Below the pieces are notes generated by a model. That model saw only the letters and a program-made list of their open reading frames with translations. It ran no database searches and was not told the DNA's origin. Positions 17,956 to 27,334 of a stretch of DNA of 64,000 bases are shown piece after piece (position 1 is the stretch's first letter; each line of letters begins with the position of its first letter). Both the position numbers and the translations under genes were made by a program. This stretch comes from an uncultured Clostridia bacterium (GTDB lineage Bacteria; Bacillota; Clostridia; Christensenellales; Borkfalkiaceae), in assembly GCA_944363395.1 (NCBI GenBank), contig CALVUC010000002.1, forward strand, positions 11,798 through 75,797. The letters are read 5' to 3'.

Positions 17956-17984
17956 ATTATACCATCCCGCGCCGCGTTTGTCAA
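17956..17984 (-). promoter_or_regulatory. consensus promoter directly abutting the tmk start (leaderless-type)
   Basis: Minus strand reads TTGACA-17 nt-TGgTATAAT. Only 9 nt separate the -10 from ATG 17946, and there is no Shine-Dalgarno. Confidence 0.6.
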
Positions 17985-18006
17985 CGGGGCAAAAACGCGG
18001 ACGGCG

Positions 18007-18049
18007 CAAAATCAAGCGCGCCCGCCGCGCTTGCAAGCGCGGCGGGCGC
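18007..18049 (-). terminator. terminator of degV
   Basis: 13-bp perfect stem gcgcccgccgcgc / gcgcggcgggcgc, followed on the minus strand by gcttgatttt. Confidence 0.65.
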
Positions 18050-18063
18050 AGCCACCACCCGTA

Positions 18064-18927
18064 TCAGTCGATCTTGTCTCCGACGAAGATGACGCCCAGC
18101 GTGCCGGGACCGCAGTGCGACCCGATGACGGGGCCCACGATCTGGCGCACGATCTTTGCTTCGGGGCGCTTCTCCAGAATGAGGTCGCGCAGCCTGTCGC
18201 CGTCCTCGGGACAGTCGGCGTCGACGATATACACCGAGCATCCGGTATCGCGCAGTTCGTCGATGACGCGCTCGGCAAGCGTGCGCATCGCCTTCTTGCG
18301 CCCCGCGATCTTGCCGATGACCGCAAGGCTTCCCTCCTTGTCGACGGTGAGCATGGGTTTGAGCCCCAGGAGCGTCCCCGCGACCGCCGCCACGCCCGAG
18401 CATCTGCCGCCGCGCTTCAAGTGCATGAGATCGTCCACCGTGAAGTAGACGTGGATGCGGCGAGAGAAGTCCTCCAAAAAGGCGAGGAGCTCCTCGTCGG
18501 AAGCGCCCGCCTGCTTGCGCTTCGCCGCCTCCTCCGCCTGGATGCCCGCGCCCAGCGAGATGTTCCTCGTATCGAACACCGTACACTTGCGGTCGGGAAA
18601 CTGCTCTTTCAGTTCCTGCAGGGCAAGATTGAGCGACTGAAAGGTGCCGCTCAGCTTGTGCGAGAAGGAGACGTAGAACACGTCCTCGCCCCGTTCAAAG
18701 TAGGGCGTCAGGATGCGCTTGTAATCCTCGGGATTGAGCGCCTGCGTCTTGGGGATCTCCCCCGCGCGCACTTCGTCGTAAAATTTACGGAAGTCCGTCG
18801 CCTTGCCGAGGTCATAGCAATACTCCTTGCCGTCGATATAATAGGGCATGGAGATGTAGTCGAGCCCGAGCTCTTCGGCACGGGTATGCCAGAGTTCGCC
18901 GTTGGAATCAAAAATGAGTACGCTCAT
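18064..18927 (-). CDS. DegV-family fatty-acid-binding protein
   Basis: 287 aa. ...SFSHKLSGTFQS..., GTLLGLKPML and overall DegV layout. Confidence 0.88.
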   Translation of the reverse strand: MSVLIFDSNGELWHTRAEELGLDYISMPYYIDGKEYCYDLGKATDFRKFYDEVRAGEIPKTQALNPEDYKRILTPYFERGEDVFYVSFSHKLSGTFQSLNLALQELKEQFPDRKCTVFDTRNISLGAGIQAEEAAKRKQAGASDEELLAFLEDFSRRIHVYFTVDDLMHLKRGGRCSGVAAVAGTLLGLKPMLTVDKEGSLAVIGKIAGRKKAMRTLAERVIDELRDTGCSVYIVDADCPEDGDRLRDLILEKRPEAKIVRQIVGPVIGSHCGPGTLGVIFVGDKID

Positions 18928-18968
18928 AAGATCTCTCCGATGATTTGTGATCGTGATGTGATAGTTTT

Positions 18969-18997
18969 ATTTTACGCCTTTTTTCGTCATTTGTCAA
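18969..18997 (-). promoter_or_regulatory. sigma-70-type promoter of degV
   Basis: Minus strand reads TTGACA-17 nt-TAAAAT. Confidence 0.55.
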
Positions 18998-19058
18998 CAG
19001 GATAAATTTGTTTATTTTACTTTATCAACATTCGGGCGGCAAATTTCACAGACCGCGC

Positions 19059-19087
19059 TTGACATTTCCCCTTTTCTCTGCTATGAT
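19059..19087 (+). promoter_or_regulatory. promoter of the GNAT gene, leaderless-type
   Basis: TTGACA (19059..19064)-17 nt-TATGAT (19082..19087). The ATG at 19094 is 6 nt after the -10, and there is no SD. Confidence 0.55.
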
Positions 19088-19093
19088 AGCGGC

Positions 19094-19522
19094 ATGATCC
19101 GTTTGTTTACGCCCGCGGACAGGGCGCTCTTTCTTGCAATGTCCGAAGAATTTTACACTTCCCCCGCCGTCTCGCACGATATCCCGCGCAGCTATCACGC
19201 GCCCGCCTTTGACGAGGCGCTGAAGGGCGAACTGCTCATCGGCGTCATGCTCGAAAGCGAGGGCGTCCCCGCAGGGTACGCGCTGCTGCAGAGGACGTAC
19301 TCGCGCGAAGCGGGCGGCATCTGCCTGTGGATCGACGAGGTGTACCTGCGCCCCGCCTTCCGCGGCAAGGGGCTGGGACACGAACTCTTTGCCTATGCCG
19401 AAACGCTGGGCGCGAGCCGCCTGCGGCTCGAGGTGGAGCCCGCGAACGTGCGCGCCAAAAAGCTGTACGAGGCGCTCGGCTTTACGCCGATGCCCTATCT
19501 TCCGATGGTCAAAGAACTTTGA
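19094..19522 (+). CDS. GNAT-family N-acetyltransferase
   Basis: 142 aa. IDEVYLRPAFRGKGLGHELF (acetyl-CoA binding motif A) and ...AKKLYEALGF. Confidence 0.88.
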   Translation: MIRLFTPADRALFLAMSEEFYTSPAVSHDIPRSYHAPAFDEALKGELLIGVMLESEGVPAGYALLQRTYSREAGGICLWIDEVYLRPAFRGKGLGHELFAYAETLGASRLRLEVEPANVRAKKLYEALGFTPMPYLPMVKEL

Positions 19523-19549
19523 AAAGCCGCCCCGAACGGGGCGGCTTTC
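19523..19549. terminator. bidirectional terminator between the convergent GNAT and mutY genes
   Basis: aaagccgcccc-gaac-ggggcggcttt. Confidence 0.75.
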
Positions 19550-19590
19550 GTCACGATAACGGTGGTACGTCCCCCGTTTTTTGTTACCGT

Positions 19591-20583
19591 TTACCGCAGC
19601 CACGCCTTGAAGGCGGAAAACGCCGAAGGCAGGGCATAGCGCGCTTCGATCTCCTCCGCCGTCGCCCAGACATAGGGCGCAAAGGGCTGCGCGGCATCGA
19701 CAAGTTTTCCCGTCATGTGCCATTCGACGTGCGTAAAGACGTGCGTCGCCCGCTTCTGCGCGAGGACGGGTCCGAAGTCGGGCGCCTCTCCTTCAAAGAA
19801 GGGAAACTGCCACATCCGCGCCAGCAGCCCGCCTTCGCCCCGCCGTTCCAGCGCGAAGGTGTCGCGGCAGCGCAGCACGAGAACGGTCGCTTCGACCTGC
19901 TTTCTCGCCCGCTTTTCCCTGCGCACGGGATAGCGTTCCGCCTCGCCCGCGCGGCGCGCAAGGCAGAGATCGCGCCACGGGCAATGCCCGCACAGCGGCG
20001 CGCCGTTGGGCGTGCAGACGATGGCGCCCAGCTCCATGAGCGCCTCGCAGAAGTCCGCTGTCTCCTCGGGATAGACCTCGCGCAAAAGCCCGGCGTATTC
20101 CGACTTCACGCTCCCGTCGTCCACGCAGCGCCCGTCCGCGTACAGGCGGCTCAGGATGCGCAGCACGTTGCCGTCCACGGCGGGCTCCTTCTGCCCGAGC
20201 GCGATGGAACAGACCGCGCCCGCGGTATAGTCCCCCACGCCCGGAAGGGCACGCACGCCCGCAAAGTCCTTGGGAAAGCCCTGCGCCGCGACGATCTTTG
20301 CCGCCTTATGCAGGTTGCGCGCGCGGGAATAGTAACCCAGCCCCTCCCACAGCTTTAAGACCTCGTCCTCCTGCGCCGCGGCGAGCGCCTCCGCCGTCGG
20401 GAAACGGGACAAAAAGCGCACATACCGCTCGCGCACCGCCTCGACGCGCGTCTGCTGGAGCATGAGCTCGGCGACGAGCGCCGTATAGGGCGTGCGGCAA
20501 TGCCGCCACGGAAGGTCGCGTTTACAAACGCGGTACCACGCCAGAAGGGGTGGTACCGCGCGAAGGAGCAGTTCCCGCCGCAT
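19591..20583 (-). CDS. mutY: A/G-specific adenine DNA glycosylase
   Basis: 330 aa. LPWR..PY..LVAELMLQQTRV HhH-GPD motif, Cx6CxxCx5C Fe-S cluster loop (CTPNGAPLCGHCPWRDLC), NUDIX-like C-terminus. ATG shares one base with the fhs stop (TGATG). Confidence 0.92.
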   Translation of the reverse strand: MRRELLLRAVPPLLAWYRVCKRDLPWRHCRTPYTALVAELMLQQTRVEAVRERYVRFLSRFPTAEALAAAQEDEVLKLWEGLGYYSRARNLHKAAKIVAAQGFPKDFAGVRALPGVGDYTAGAVCSIALGQKEPAVDGNVLRILSRLYADGRCVDDGSVKSEYAGLLREVYPEETADFCEALMELGAIVCTPNGAPLCGHCPWRDLCLARRAGEAERYPVRREKRARKQVEATVLVLRCRDTFALERRGEGGLLARMWQFPFFEGEAPDFGPVLAQKRATHVFTHVEWHMTGKLVDAAQPFAPYVWATAEEIEARYALPSAFSAFKAWLR

Positions 20584-22247
20584 CAGAACAGCCCCGAAAT
20601 GTTGCCCTGCTCGTCCACGTCGATCTTTTCGGCGGCGGGAACGGGCGGGAGCCCCGGCATCGTCAGGATATTGCCCGTGAGCACGACCACGAATCCCGCG
20701 CCCGCGGAGACTCTGACGCTGCGCACCGTGACCGTAAAGCCCTCCGGCGCACCGAGCAGCCCCGCGTCGTCCGAGAAGGAGTACTGCGTCTTTGCCATGC
20801 AGACGGGCGTCTTGTCAAAGCCCAGCCGCGTGAGCCGCGCGATCTCCTCCTCCGCTTCGGGCGTGTACGCGACGCCCCTGCCGCCGTACACGCGCGTGAC
20901 GATCGCCCCGATCTTTTCCTTGATGGGAAGAGAGGCGTCGTAGCAGTATGTAAAGCGGCTCTCTTCCCCGCACAGGCGGACGACCTCGCGCGCGAGCGCC
21001 TCGCCCCCCTTTCCGCCCTCCGCCCAGACGGTGGAGAGTACCATGTTGACGCCAAGTTCGGCGCATTTTTTGAGGACGAGCGCGATCTCGGCGTCGGTAT
21101 CCGTCGGGAAACGGTTGAGCGCCACGACGGTGGGCAGCCCGTAGACGTTCTTCATGTTGGAGACGTGCCGCAGCAGGTTGGGCAGCCCCTTTGCGAGCGC
21201 GGCGAGGTCCTCCTTCCCCAGCTCGTTCTTGGGAACGCCGCCATGCATCTTGAGGGCGCGCACCGTGGCGACGACCACGCAGGCGGAGGGCTTGAGCCCC
21301 GCCACACGGCACTTGATATCGAGGAATTTCTCCGCGCCGAGATCGGCGCCGAACCCCGCCTCCGTGACGACGTAGTCGCCCAGCTTCAGCGCGGTGCGCG
21401 TCGCGACGACGGAATTGCAGCCGTGCGCGATGTTGGCGAACGGACCGCCGTGGACGATGGCGGGCGTGCCTTCGAGCGTCTGCACGAGGTTGGGCTTCAT
21501 GGCGTCCTTGAGCAGCGCGCACATGGCGCCCGCCGCCTTCAGATCGCCTGCCGTTACGGGCTTCCCCTCATAGGTATACCCGACGACGATGCGCGCAAGG
21601 CGCGCCTTCAGGTCGGACAGCGACGTCGCAAGGCAGAGGATCGCCATCACTTCGCTGGCGACGGTGATGTCGAAGCCGTCCCTGCGCGGAACGCCGTTCT
21701 TCCCGCCGCCCAGACCGTCCTCCAGAACACGGAGCTGGCGGTCGTTCATGTCGACGCAGCGCTTCCATGTGATGCGCTCCTTATCGATGCCCAGCGCATT
21801 CCCCTGGAAGATATGATTGTCGAGCATAGCGGCGAGCAGGTTGTTTGCCGCGCCGATGGCGTGCATATCGCCCGTAAAGTGCAGGTTGATCTCCTCCATC
21901 GGAACGACCTGCGCATAGCCGCCGCCCGCCGCGCCGCCCTTGACGCCGAACACGGGACCGAGCGACGGCTCGCGCAGCGCGACGACGACGTTCTTGCCGA
22001 TGCGCCTGAGCCCGTCCGCAAGCCCGATGGTCGTGGTCGTCTTGCCCTCGCCCGCGGGCGTGGGCGTGATGGCGGTGACGAGGATGAGCTTGCCGTCCGC
22101 GCTCTCCCGCGCCATGACGGAAGGCGCGATCTTCGCCTTGTATCTTCCGTACTGTTCGATCTCGTCCTCCGAAAGCCCCGCCGCGGCGGCGACCTCGGAG
22201 ATCGGCTTCAGCTTCGCGCTCTGCGCGATCTCGATATCGGATAACAT
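20583..22247 (-). CDS. fhs: formate--tetrahydrofolate ligase
   Basis: ORF 20583..22271 (GTG). I prefer ATG 22247 ([16 protein letters not shown]...) behind [24 protein letters not shown]-loop. Confidence 0.96.
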   Translation of the reverse strand: MLSDIEIAQSAKLKPISEVAAAAGLSEDEIEQYGRYKAKIAPSVMARESADGKLILVTAITPTPAGEGKTTTTIGLADGLRRIGKNVVVALREPSLGPVFGVKGGAAGGGYAQVVPMEEINLHFTGDMHAIGAANNLLAAMLDNHIFQGNALGIDKERITWKRCVDMNDRQLRVLEDGLGGGKNGVPRRDGFDITVASEVMAILCLATSLSDLKARLARIVVGYTYEGKPVTAGDLKAAGAMCALLKDAMKPNLVQTLEGTPAIVHGGPFANIAHGCNSVVATRTALKLGDYVVTEAGFGADLGAEKFLDIKCRVAGLKPSACVVVATVRALKMHGGVPKNELGKEDLAALAKGLPNLLRHVSNMKNVYGLPTVVALNRFPTDTDAEIALVLKKCAELGVNMVLSTVWAEGGKGGEALAREVVRLCGEESRFTYCYDASLPIKEKIGAIVTRVYGGRGVAYTPEAEEEIARLTRLGFDKTPVCMAKTQYSFSDDAGLLGAPEGFTVTVRSVRVSAGAGFVVVLTGNILTMPGLPPVPAAEKIDVDEQGNISGLF

Positions 22248-22280
22248 CAACTTTTTCTCCCTCTCAAACACTGCCTGCGC

Positions 22281-25200
22281 TTATTTGAAATATCTCACCG
22301 CGCTCTCGAAGAGGTGCATCTCGTACGAGCCGGGGACGTTCTTATAAAGCCCGTCGCCCTTGCGCTCGGAATGCCCCATCTTGCCGAACACCCTGCCGTC
22401 GGGCGAGAGGATGCCCTCGATCGCCGCGGCGCTGCCGTTGGGATTGAAATGCACGTCCATCGTCGCGTTGTCCGTAAGATCGACGTACTGCGTCATGATC
22501 TGCCCGTTCTCCGCAAGCTGCGCGATGAGCGCGGGGCTTGCCACGAACTTACCCTCGCCGTGAGAGATGGGAACGGCGTACACTTCGCCCGCGTCCACAA
22601 GGGAGAGCCAGGGCGATTTGACGGAGGCGACGCGCGTGCGCACGATGCGCGACTGGTGACGCCCGATGTTGTTGTAGGTGAGCGTCGGGCAGTCGGCGTC
22701 CGTTTGGACGATCCTGCCGAAGGGGACGAGTCCGAGCTTGATGAGCGCCTGGAACCCGTTGCAGATGCCGCCCATCAGCCCTTCGCGCTCCTCCAGAAGG
22801 CGGGTCACTTCGTCCTTGACGCGCTCGCCGCGGAAGAACGCCGTGATGAACTTGCCCGAGCCGTCCGGCTCGTCGCCGCCCGAGAACCCGCCCGGGATAA
22901 AGACGATCTGGCTTTCCCCGATCTTGGCGGCAAACTCGCGCGCGGAAGCGGCGACCTCCTCCGCCGTACGGTTGCGGATGACGAAGATCTCGGGCGCGGC
23001 GCCCGCGTCGGCGAACGCCTTTGCCGTATCGTATTCGCAGTTGGTGCCGGGGAATACGGGGATGAGCACGCGGGGCTTCGCGAATTTTTCCGCGGAGAGG
23101 AGCGTGCTGCGCGTGCGGTAGGTGTAGTTCTCCACCGAGCCCGCGGGCGTGGGGATGTTGCAGGGATAGACGGGCTCCAGCTTGCCCTCGTAGACGGAGA
23201 GCAGTTCGGAAAGGAGCAGGCGCTCCTCCCCCAGCCCGATCGCATTGATCGCCGTGGTCTCGCCGAGCGCCATCCCGACGGCGGCGGCGTCCTCCGAAAG
23301 CTCCAGAATGAAGGAGCCGTAACGATAGCCGAAGATGTCGTCCAAAGAGACGTTCTCGTCAAAGCGGAAGCCGACCATGTTGCCGAAGCTCATCTTCATG
23401 ATGCCCTCCGCAACGCCGCCGTAGCCGGGCGTATACGCGGAGAGCGCGCGCCCGGAGCGCAGCAGCGCCGTCACGCGGGCGTAGATGCTCTTGAGCGACG
23501 AGGTGACGGGCAGACCGTTCTCGTCATAGTCGGGGGCGAGAAGAACGACCTTGTGTCCCGCGCCCTTGAATTCGGGGGAGACCGCCTCGTCCGCCCTGCC
23601 AGTCGTCACCGCGAAGGAGACGAGCGTGGGCGGGACGTCGATGTGCTCGAAGGTACCGCTCATGGAGTCCTTGCCGCCGATCGCCGCGATGCCCAGCTCC
23701 GTCTGCGCCTTGAACGCGCCGAGAAGGGCGGAAAGCGGCTGCCCCCAACGCTTGGGATCGTGTCCGGGCTTCAGGAAATATTCCTGGAAGGAGAGATAGG
23801 TGTCGTCGAGCGAGGCGCCCGCCGCGACCAGTTTGGAGACGCTCTCCACGACGGCAAGATAGGCGCCGTGGTAGGGGCTCTTTTCGGTGACATAGGGGTT
23901 GCCGCCCCACGCCATATAGGAGACGGTGTCCGTGTGTCCGTGCTCCAGCGAGACGAGGTGGACCATCGCCTGCGGCGGCGTCTGCTGATATCTGCCGCCG
24001 AAGGGCATGAGGACGGTCCCCGCGCCGATGGTGGAGTCGAACCGCTCCGAAAGCCCGCGCTTGGAGCAGACGTTGAAATCGCCCGCCAGCTTTCTCATAT
24101 TCTCCGCAAACGAGCCGCTCACCGTGCGCGCATAGTTCCCGCACGCGGCGGGCGCGACGGTGATATGCTTTTCCGCGCCGTTGGAATTGAGGAATTCGCG
24201 CGAGACGTTGACGATGGTCTTTCCGTTCCAGCGCATGACGAGACGGGGGCTCGACGTGACCGTCGCAACGACGGTCGCCTCAAGATTTTCCCGCTCGGCA
24301 AGGGCGATGAACTGCGCCGCCTTGTCCTCCTCGACGACGACCGCCATGCGCTCCTGCGATTCGGAGATCGCAAGTTCGGTGCCGTCCAGCCCGTCGTACT
24401 TCTTCGGCACGGCGTTGAGGTCGATATCCAGCCCGTCGGCAAGTTCGCCGATGGCGACGGAGACGCCGCCCGCGCCGAAATCGTTGCAGCGCTTGATGAG
24501 CAGCATCGCCTCCTTGTTGCGGAAGAGGCGCTGCAGCTTTCTCTCCTCGGGCGCGTTGCCCTTCTGCACTTCCGCCCCGCAGTGGGTGAGCGATTCGAGC
24601 GTGTGCGATTTGGAAGATCCCGTTGCGCCGCCGCAGCCGTCGCGCCCCGTCCTTCCGCCCAGAAGGATGACCTTGTCGCCGGGCGCGGGGACCTCGCGGC
24701 GGACGTTTTCCGCAGGGGTCGCAGCGATGACCGCGCCGATCTCCAGCCGCTTTGCGACATACCCGGGATGGTAGAGTTCGTCCACCTGCCCCGTCGCGAG
24801 CCCGATCTGGTTGCCGTAAGAGGAATACCCCGCCGCAGCCGTCGTGACGATCTTGCGCTGCGGGAGTTTGCCGCGCAGCGTGTCCCTGACGGGGACGGTC
24901 GGATCGCCCGCGCCCGTGACGCGCATGGCGGCATAGACGTAGCTCCTGCCCGAGAGCGGGTCGCGGATGGCGCCGCCGATACAGGTCGCCGCGCCGCCGA
25001 AGGGCTCGATCTCGGTGGGATGGTTGTGCGTCTCGTTCTTGAAGAGGAGCAGCCAGTCCTGCGGCTCGCCGTCCACATGGACGGTGATCTTGACCGTGCA
25101 GGCGTTGATCTCCTCCGACTCGTCCAGCTTGGGCAGCATCCCGCGCGACTTCAGCAGCTTGCAGGCGATGGTGCCGATATCCATCAGGTTGACGGGCTTG

Positions 25201-25973
25201 GTGCGCATGAGTTCGCTGCGTGCCGCAAGATAGTCCTTGTATGCCGATTCGAGCAGTTCATCCTCGAAGGTGACGCTGTCGATGGTCGTAAGGAAGGTCG
25301 TGTGGCGGCAGTGATCGGACCAATAGGTATCGATCATGCGGATCTCGGTGAGCGTGGGATCGCGCCCTTCGCGCTGGAAATACGCCTGACAGAAGGCGAT
25401 GTCGTCCTCGTCCATCGCGAGGGCGTACTTCTTGACGAAGTTCGCAAGCCCCTCCTCGTCCAGGGACAAAAATCCCGTGAGCGTGGGAACTTCCGAAGGA
25501 ACGGGGTGATCGATCCTGAGCGTCGCGGGGATGGCGAGGGAGGCCTCCCTGCTCTCCACGGGGTTGATGACGTACTTTTTGATCGCCTCCAGATCGCTCT
25601 CCGTCACGCCGCCGTAGACGGCGTACACCTTTGCGGTGCGGATGACGGGGCGCGTCCCCAGGGAGACGAGCTGGATGCACTGCGCCGCCGAATCCGCGCG
25701 CTGATCGAACTGCCCGGGCAGATACTCGACGGCGAACACGCGCGATCCCGAAAGGTCGACGCCCTCGCTCGCCCTGTCCATCTGCGGCTCGGAGAACACC
25801 GTCCCGACGCACTCCCGGAAGAGCTGCGGGTCGATGTCCTCGGCGTCGTACCGGTTGAGGATGCGGATGCGCTGCACGCTCTCGATGCCGAGCAGCTCCC
25901 GCACGTCCGAACAGAGCGTGCGCGCCTCGTTGTCGAAGCCCTCTTTCTTCTCCACATAGATCCTGTAAACCAC
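22281..25973 (-). CDS. purL: phosphoribosylformylglycinamidine synthase, single-chain large form
   Basis: ORF 22281..26183 trimmed to GTG 25973 behind AAGGGGG (VVYRIYVEKKEGFDNEA...). Start is 1 nt after the purD stop. C-terminal glutamine amidotransferase motif GICNGFQAL. Confidence 0.93.
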   Translation of the reverse strand: MVYRIYVEKKEGFDNEARTLCSDVRELLGIESVQRIRILNRYDAEDIDPQLFRECVGTVFSEPQMDRASEGVDLSGSRVFAVEYLPGQFDQRADSAAQCIQLVSLGTRPVIRTAKVYAVYGGVTESDLEAIKKYVINPVESREASLAIPATLRIDHPVPSEVPTLTGFLSLDEEGLANFVKKYALAMDEDDIAFCQAYFQREGRDPTLTEIRMIDTYWSDHCRHTTFLTTIDSVTFEDELLESAYKDYLAARSELMRTKPVNLMDIGTIACKLLKSRGMLPKLDESEEINACTVKITVHVDGEPQDWLLLFKNETHNHPTEIEPFGGAATCIGGAIRDPLSGRSYVYAAMRVTGAGDPTVPVRDTLRGKLPQRKIVTTAAAGYSSYGNQIGLATGQVDELYHPGYVAKRLEIGAVIAATPAENVRREVPAPGDKVILLGGRTGRDGCGGATGSSKSHTLESLTHCGAEVQKGNAPEERKLQRLFRNKEAMLLIKRCNDFGAGGVSVAIGELADGLDIDLNAVPKKYDGLDGTELAISESQERMAVVVEEDKAAQFIALAERENLEATVVATVTSSPRLVMRWNGKTIVNVSREFLNSNGAEKHITVAPAACGNYARTVSGSFAENMRKLAGDFNVCSKRGLSERFDSTIGAGTVLMPFGGRYQQTPPQAMVHLVSLEHGHTDTVSYMAWGGNPYVTEKSPYHGAYLAVVESVSKLVAAGASLDDTYLSFQEYFLKPGHDPKRWGQPLSALLGAFKAQTELGIAAIGGKDSMSGTFEHIDVPPTLVSFAVTTGRADEAVSPEFKGAGHKVVLLAPDYDENGLPVTSSLKSIYARVTALLRSGRALSAYTPGYGGVAEGIMKMSFGNMVGFRFDENVSLDDIFGYRYGSFILELSEDAAAVGMALGETTAINAIGLGEERLLLSELLSVYEGKLEPVYPCNIPTPAGSVENYTYRTRSTLLSAEKFAKPRVLIPVFPGTNCEYDTAKAFADAGAAPEIFVIRNRTAEEVAASAREFAAKIGESQIVFIPGGFSGGDEPDGSGKFITAFFRGERVKDEVTRLLEEREGLMGGICNGFQALIKLGLVPFGRIVQTDADCPTLTYNNIGRHQSRIVRTRVASVKSPWLSLVDAGEVYAVPISHGEGKFVASPALIAQLAENGQIMTQYVDLTDNATMDVHFNPNGSAAAIEGILSPDGRVFGKMGHSERKGDGLYKNVPGSYEMHLFESAVRYFK

Positions 25974-25974
25974 G

Positions 25975-27249
25975 TTATACCCCCTTTTGTGCGGCAAGCG
26001 CACGCCTGCCGATGTCCCTGCGCATATAGGCGTTCGCAAAGGAGATCTTTCCCGCGAGCGCATACGCCCTGTCGATCGCCTCCCCGAGCGTGGGCGCCGT
26101 GGCGACCGCGCCCAGCACCCTGCCGCCCGAAGTGAGGAGCTTGCCCCCCTCGAGCCTGGCGCCCGCGACGTAGATGCTTTCATTCGCGCCCGTCTCGGGC
26201 AGGGAGATCTCGAAGCCCGTCTCGTACTTTGTGGGATAGCCTTCGGACGCGAGCACGACGCAGCACGCCGCGTCCTGCGAGAAGCGGACGTGCTCCTTGC
26301 TCAGCGTCCCGCCGCGGACGGCGAGCATGATCTCCAGAAGATCGCTCTTGAGCAGCGGCAGCACGACCTGCGTTTCGGGATCGCCGAAGCGGCAGTTGTA
26401 TTCGATGACCTTGGGACCGTCCTTGGTGAGCATGAGCCCGAAATACAGACAGCCCTTGAAGGTGCGCCCCTCCGCGTTCATCGCGCGGATGGTGGGAAGG
26501 AAGATCTTCTCCATGCACTCGGCGGCGATCTCCTTCGTATAATAAGGATTGGGCGCGACCGTCCCCATGCCGCCCGTGTTCAGCCCCGTGTCGCCGTCGC
26601 CCGCGCGCTTGTGATCCATCGAGGAGATCATGGGGACGACGGTCTTGCCGTCCGTAAAGGAGAGCACGGACACCTCGGGTCCCTCCAGAAATTCCTCGAC
26701 GAGGATGCGCTCGCCGCTTGCGCCGAACACCCGCCTGACCATGATATCATCCACGGCTGCGGCGGCTTCCTCATAGGAGCCGACGATGAGCGCGCCCTTG
26801 CCGAGCGCAAGCCCGTCCGCCTTGACGACGGCGGGATATTTGCAGGTCTTCAGATAGGACAGCGCCTCTTCGGCGGAGGAGAACGTCTCGCTCGCCGCCG
26901 TGGGGATATGGTACTTTTGCATGAGCTGCTTGGAAAAGACCTTGCTCCCCTCGATGATCGCCGCGTCCTTATTGGGTCCGAAGCAGGGAACGCCCGCCGC
27001 TTCCAGCGCGTCCACACAGCCCAGAACGAGCGGATCGTCGGGCGTGACGACGGCAAAATCCACCTTCTTCGCCCTTGCAAAGCGGACGATGCCCTCGATG
27101 TCCGTCGCCTTGACGGGAACGCACTCCGCGTCGGCGGCGATGCCGCCGTTCCCGGGCAGCGCATAGATCTTGCCCGCCCTTCTGCTTGCCTTCAACGCCT
27201 TGATGACGGCGTGCTCTCTGCCGCCGCCGCCTACGACCAAAATGTCCAT
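25975..27249 (-). CDS. purD: phosphoribosylamine--glycine ligase
   Basis: 424 aa. MDILVVGGGGREHAV..., ATP-grasp layout. Confidence 0.96.
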   Translation of the reverse strand: MDILVVGGGGREHAVIKALKASRRAGKIYALPGNGGIAADAECVPVKATDIEGIVRFARAKKVDFAVVTPDDPLVLGCVDALEAAGVPCFGPNKDAAIIEGSKVFSKQLMQKYHIPTAASETFSSAEEALSYLKTCKYPAVVKADGLALGKGALIVGSYEEAAAAVDDIMVRRVFGASGERILVEEFLEGPEVSVLSFTDGKTVVPMISSMDHKRAGDGDTGLNTGGMGTVAPNPYYTKEIAAECMEKIFLPTIRAMNAEGRTFKGCLYFGLMLTKDGPKVIEYNCRFGDPETQVVLPLLKSDLLEIMLAVRGGTLSKEHVRFSQDAACCVVLASEGYPTKYETGFEISLPETGANESIYVAGARLEGGKLLTSGGRVLGAVATAPTLGEAIDRAYALAGKISFANAYMRRDIGRRALAAQKGV

Positions 27250-27288
27250 AGTTGATGCCTCTCAATGTAATCGCGAAAAAATGCTTGC

Positions 27289-27319
27289 GCGCAAACCCGC
27301 GGAAAACGCGGGTTTGCGC
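27289..27319. other. perfect 13-bp-stem palindrome between purH and purD (internal attenuator or processing site candidate)
   Basis: gcgcaaacccgcg-gaaaa-cgcgggtttgcgc. On the minus strand it is followed by gcaagcatttttt. Confidence 0.45.
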
Positions 27320-27334
27320 GTAAAAAAGGGTCGC

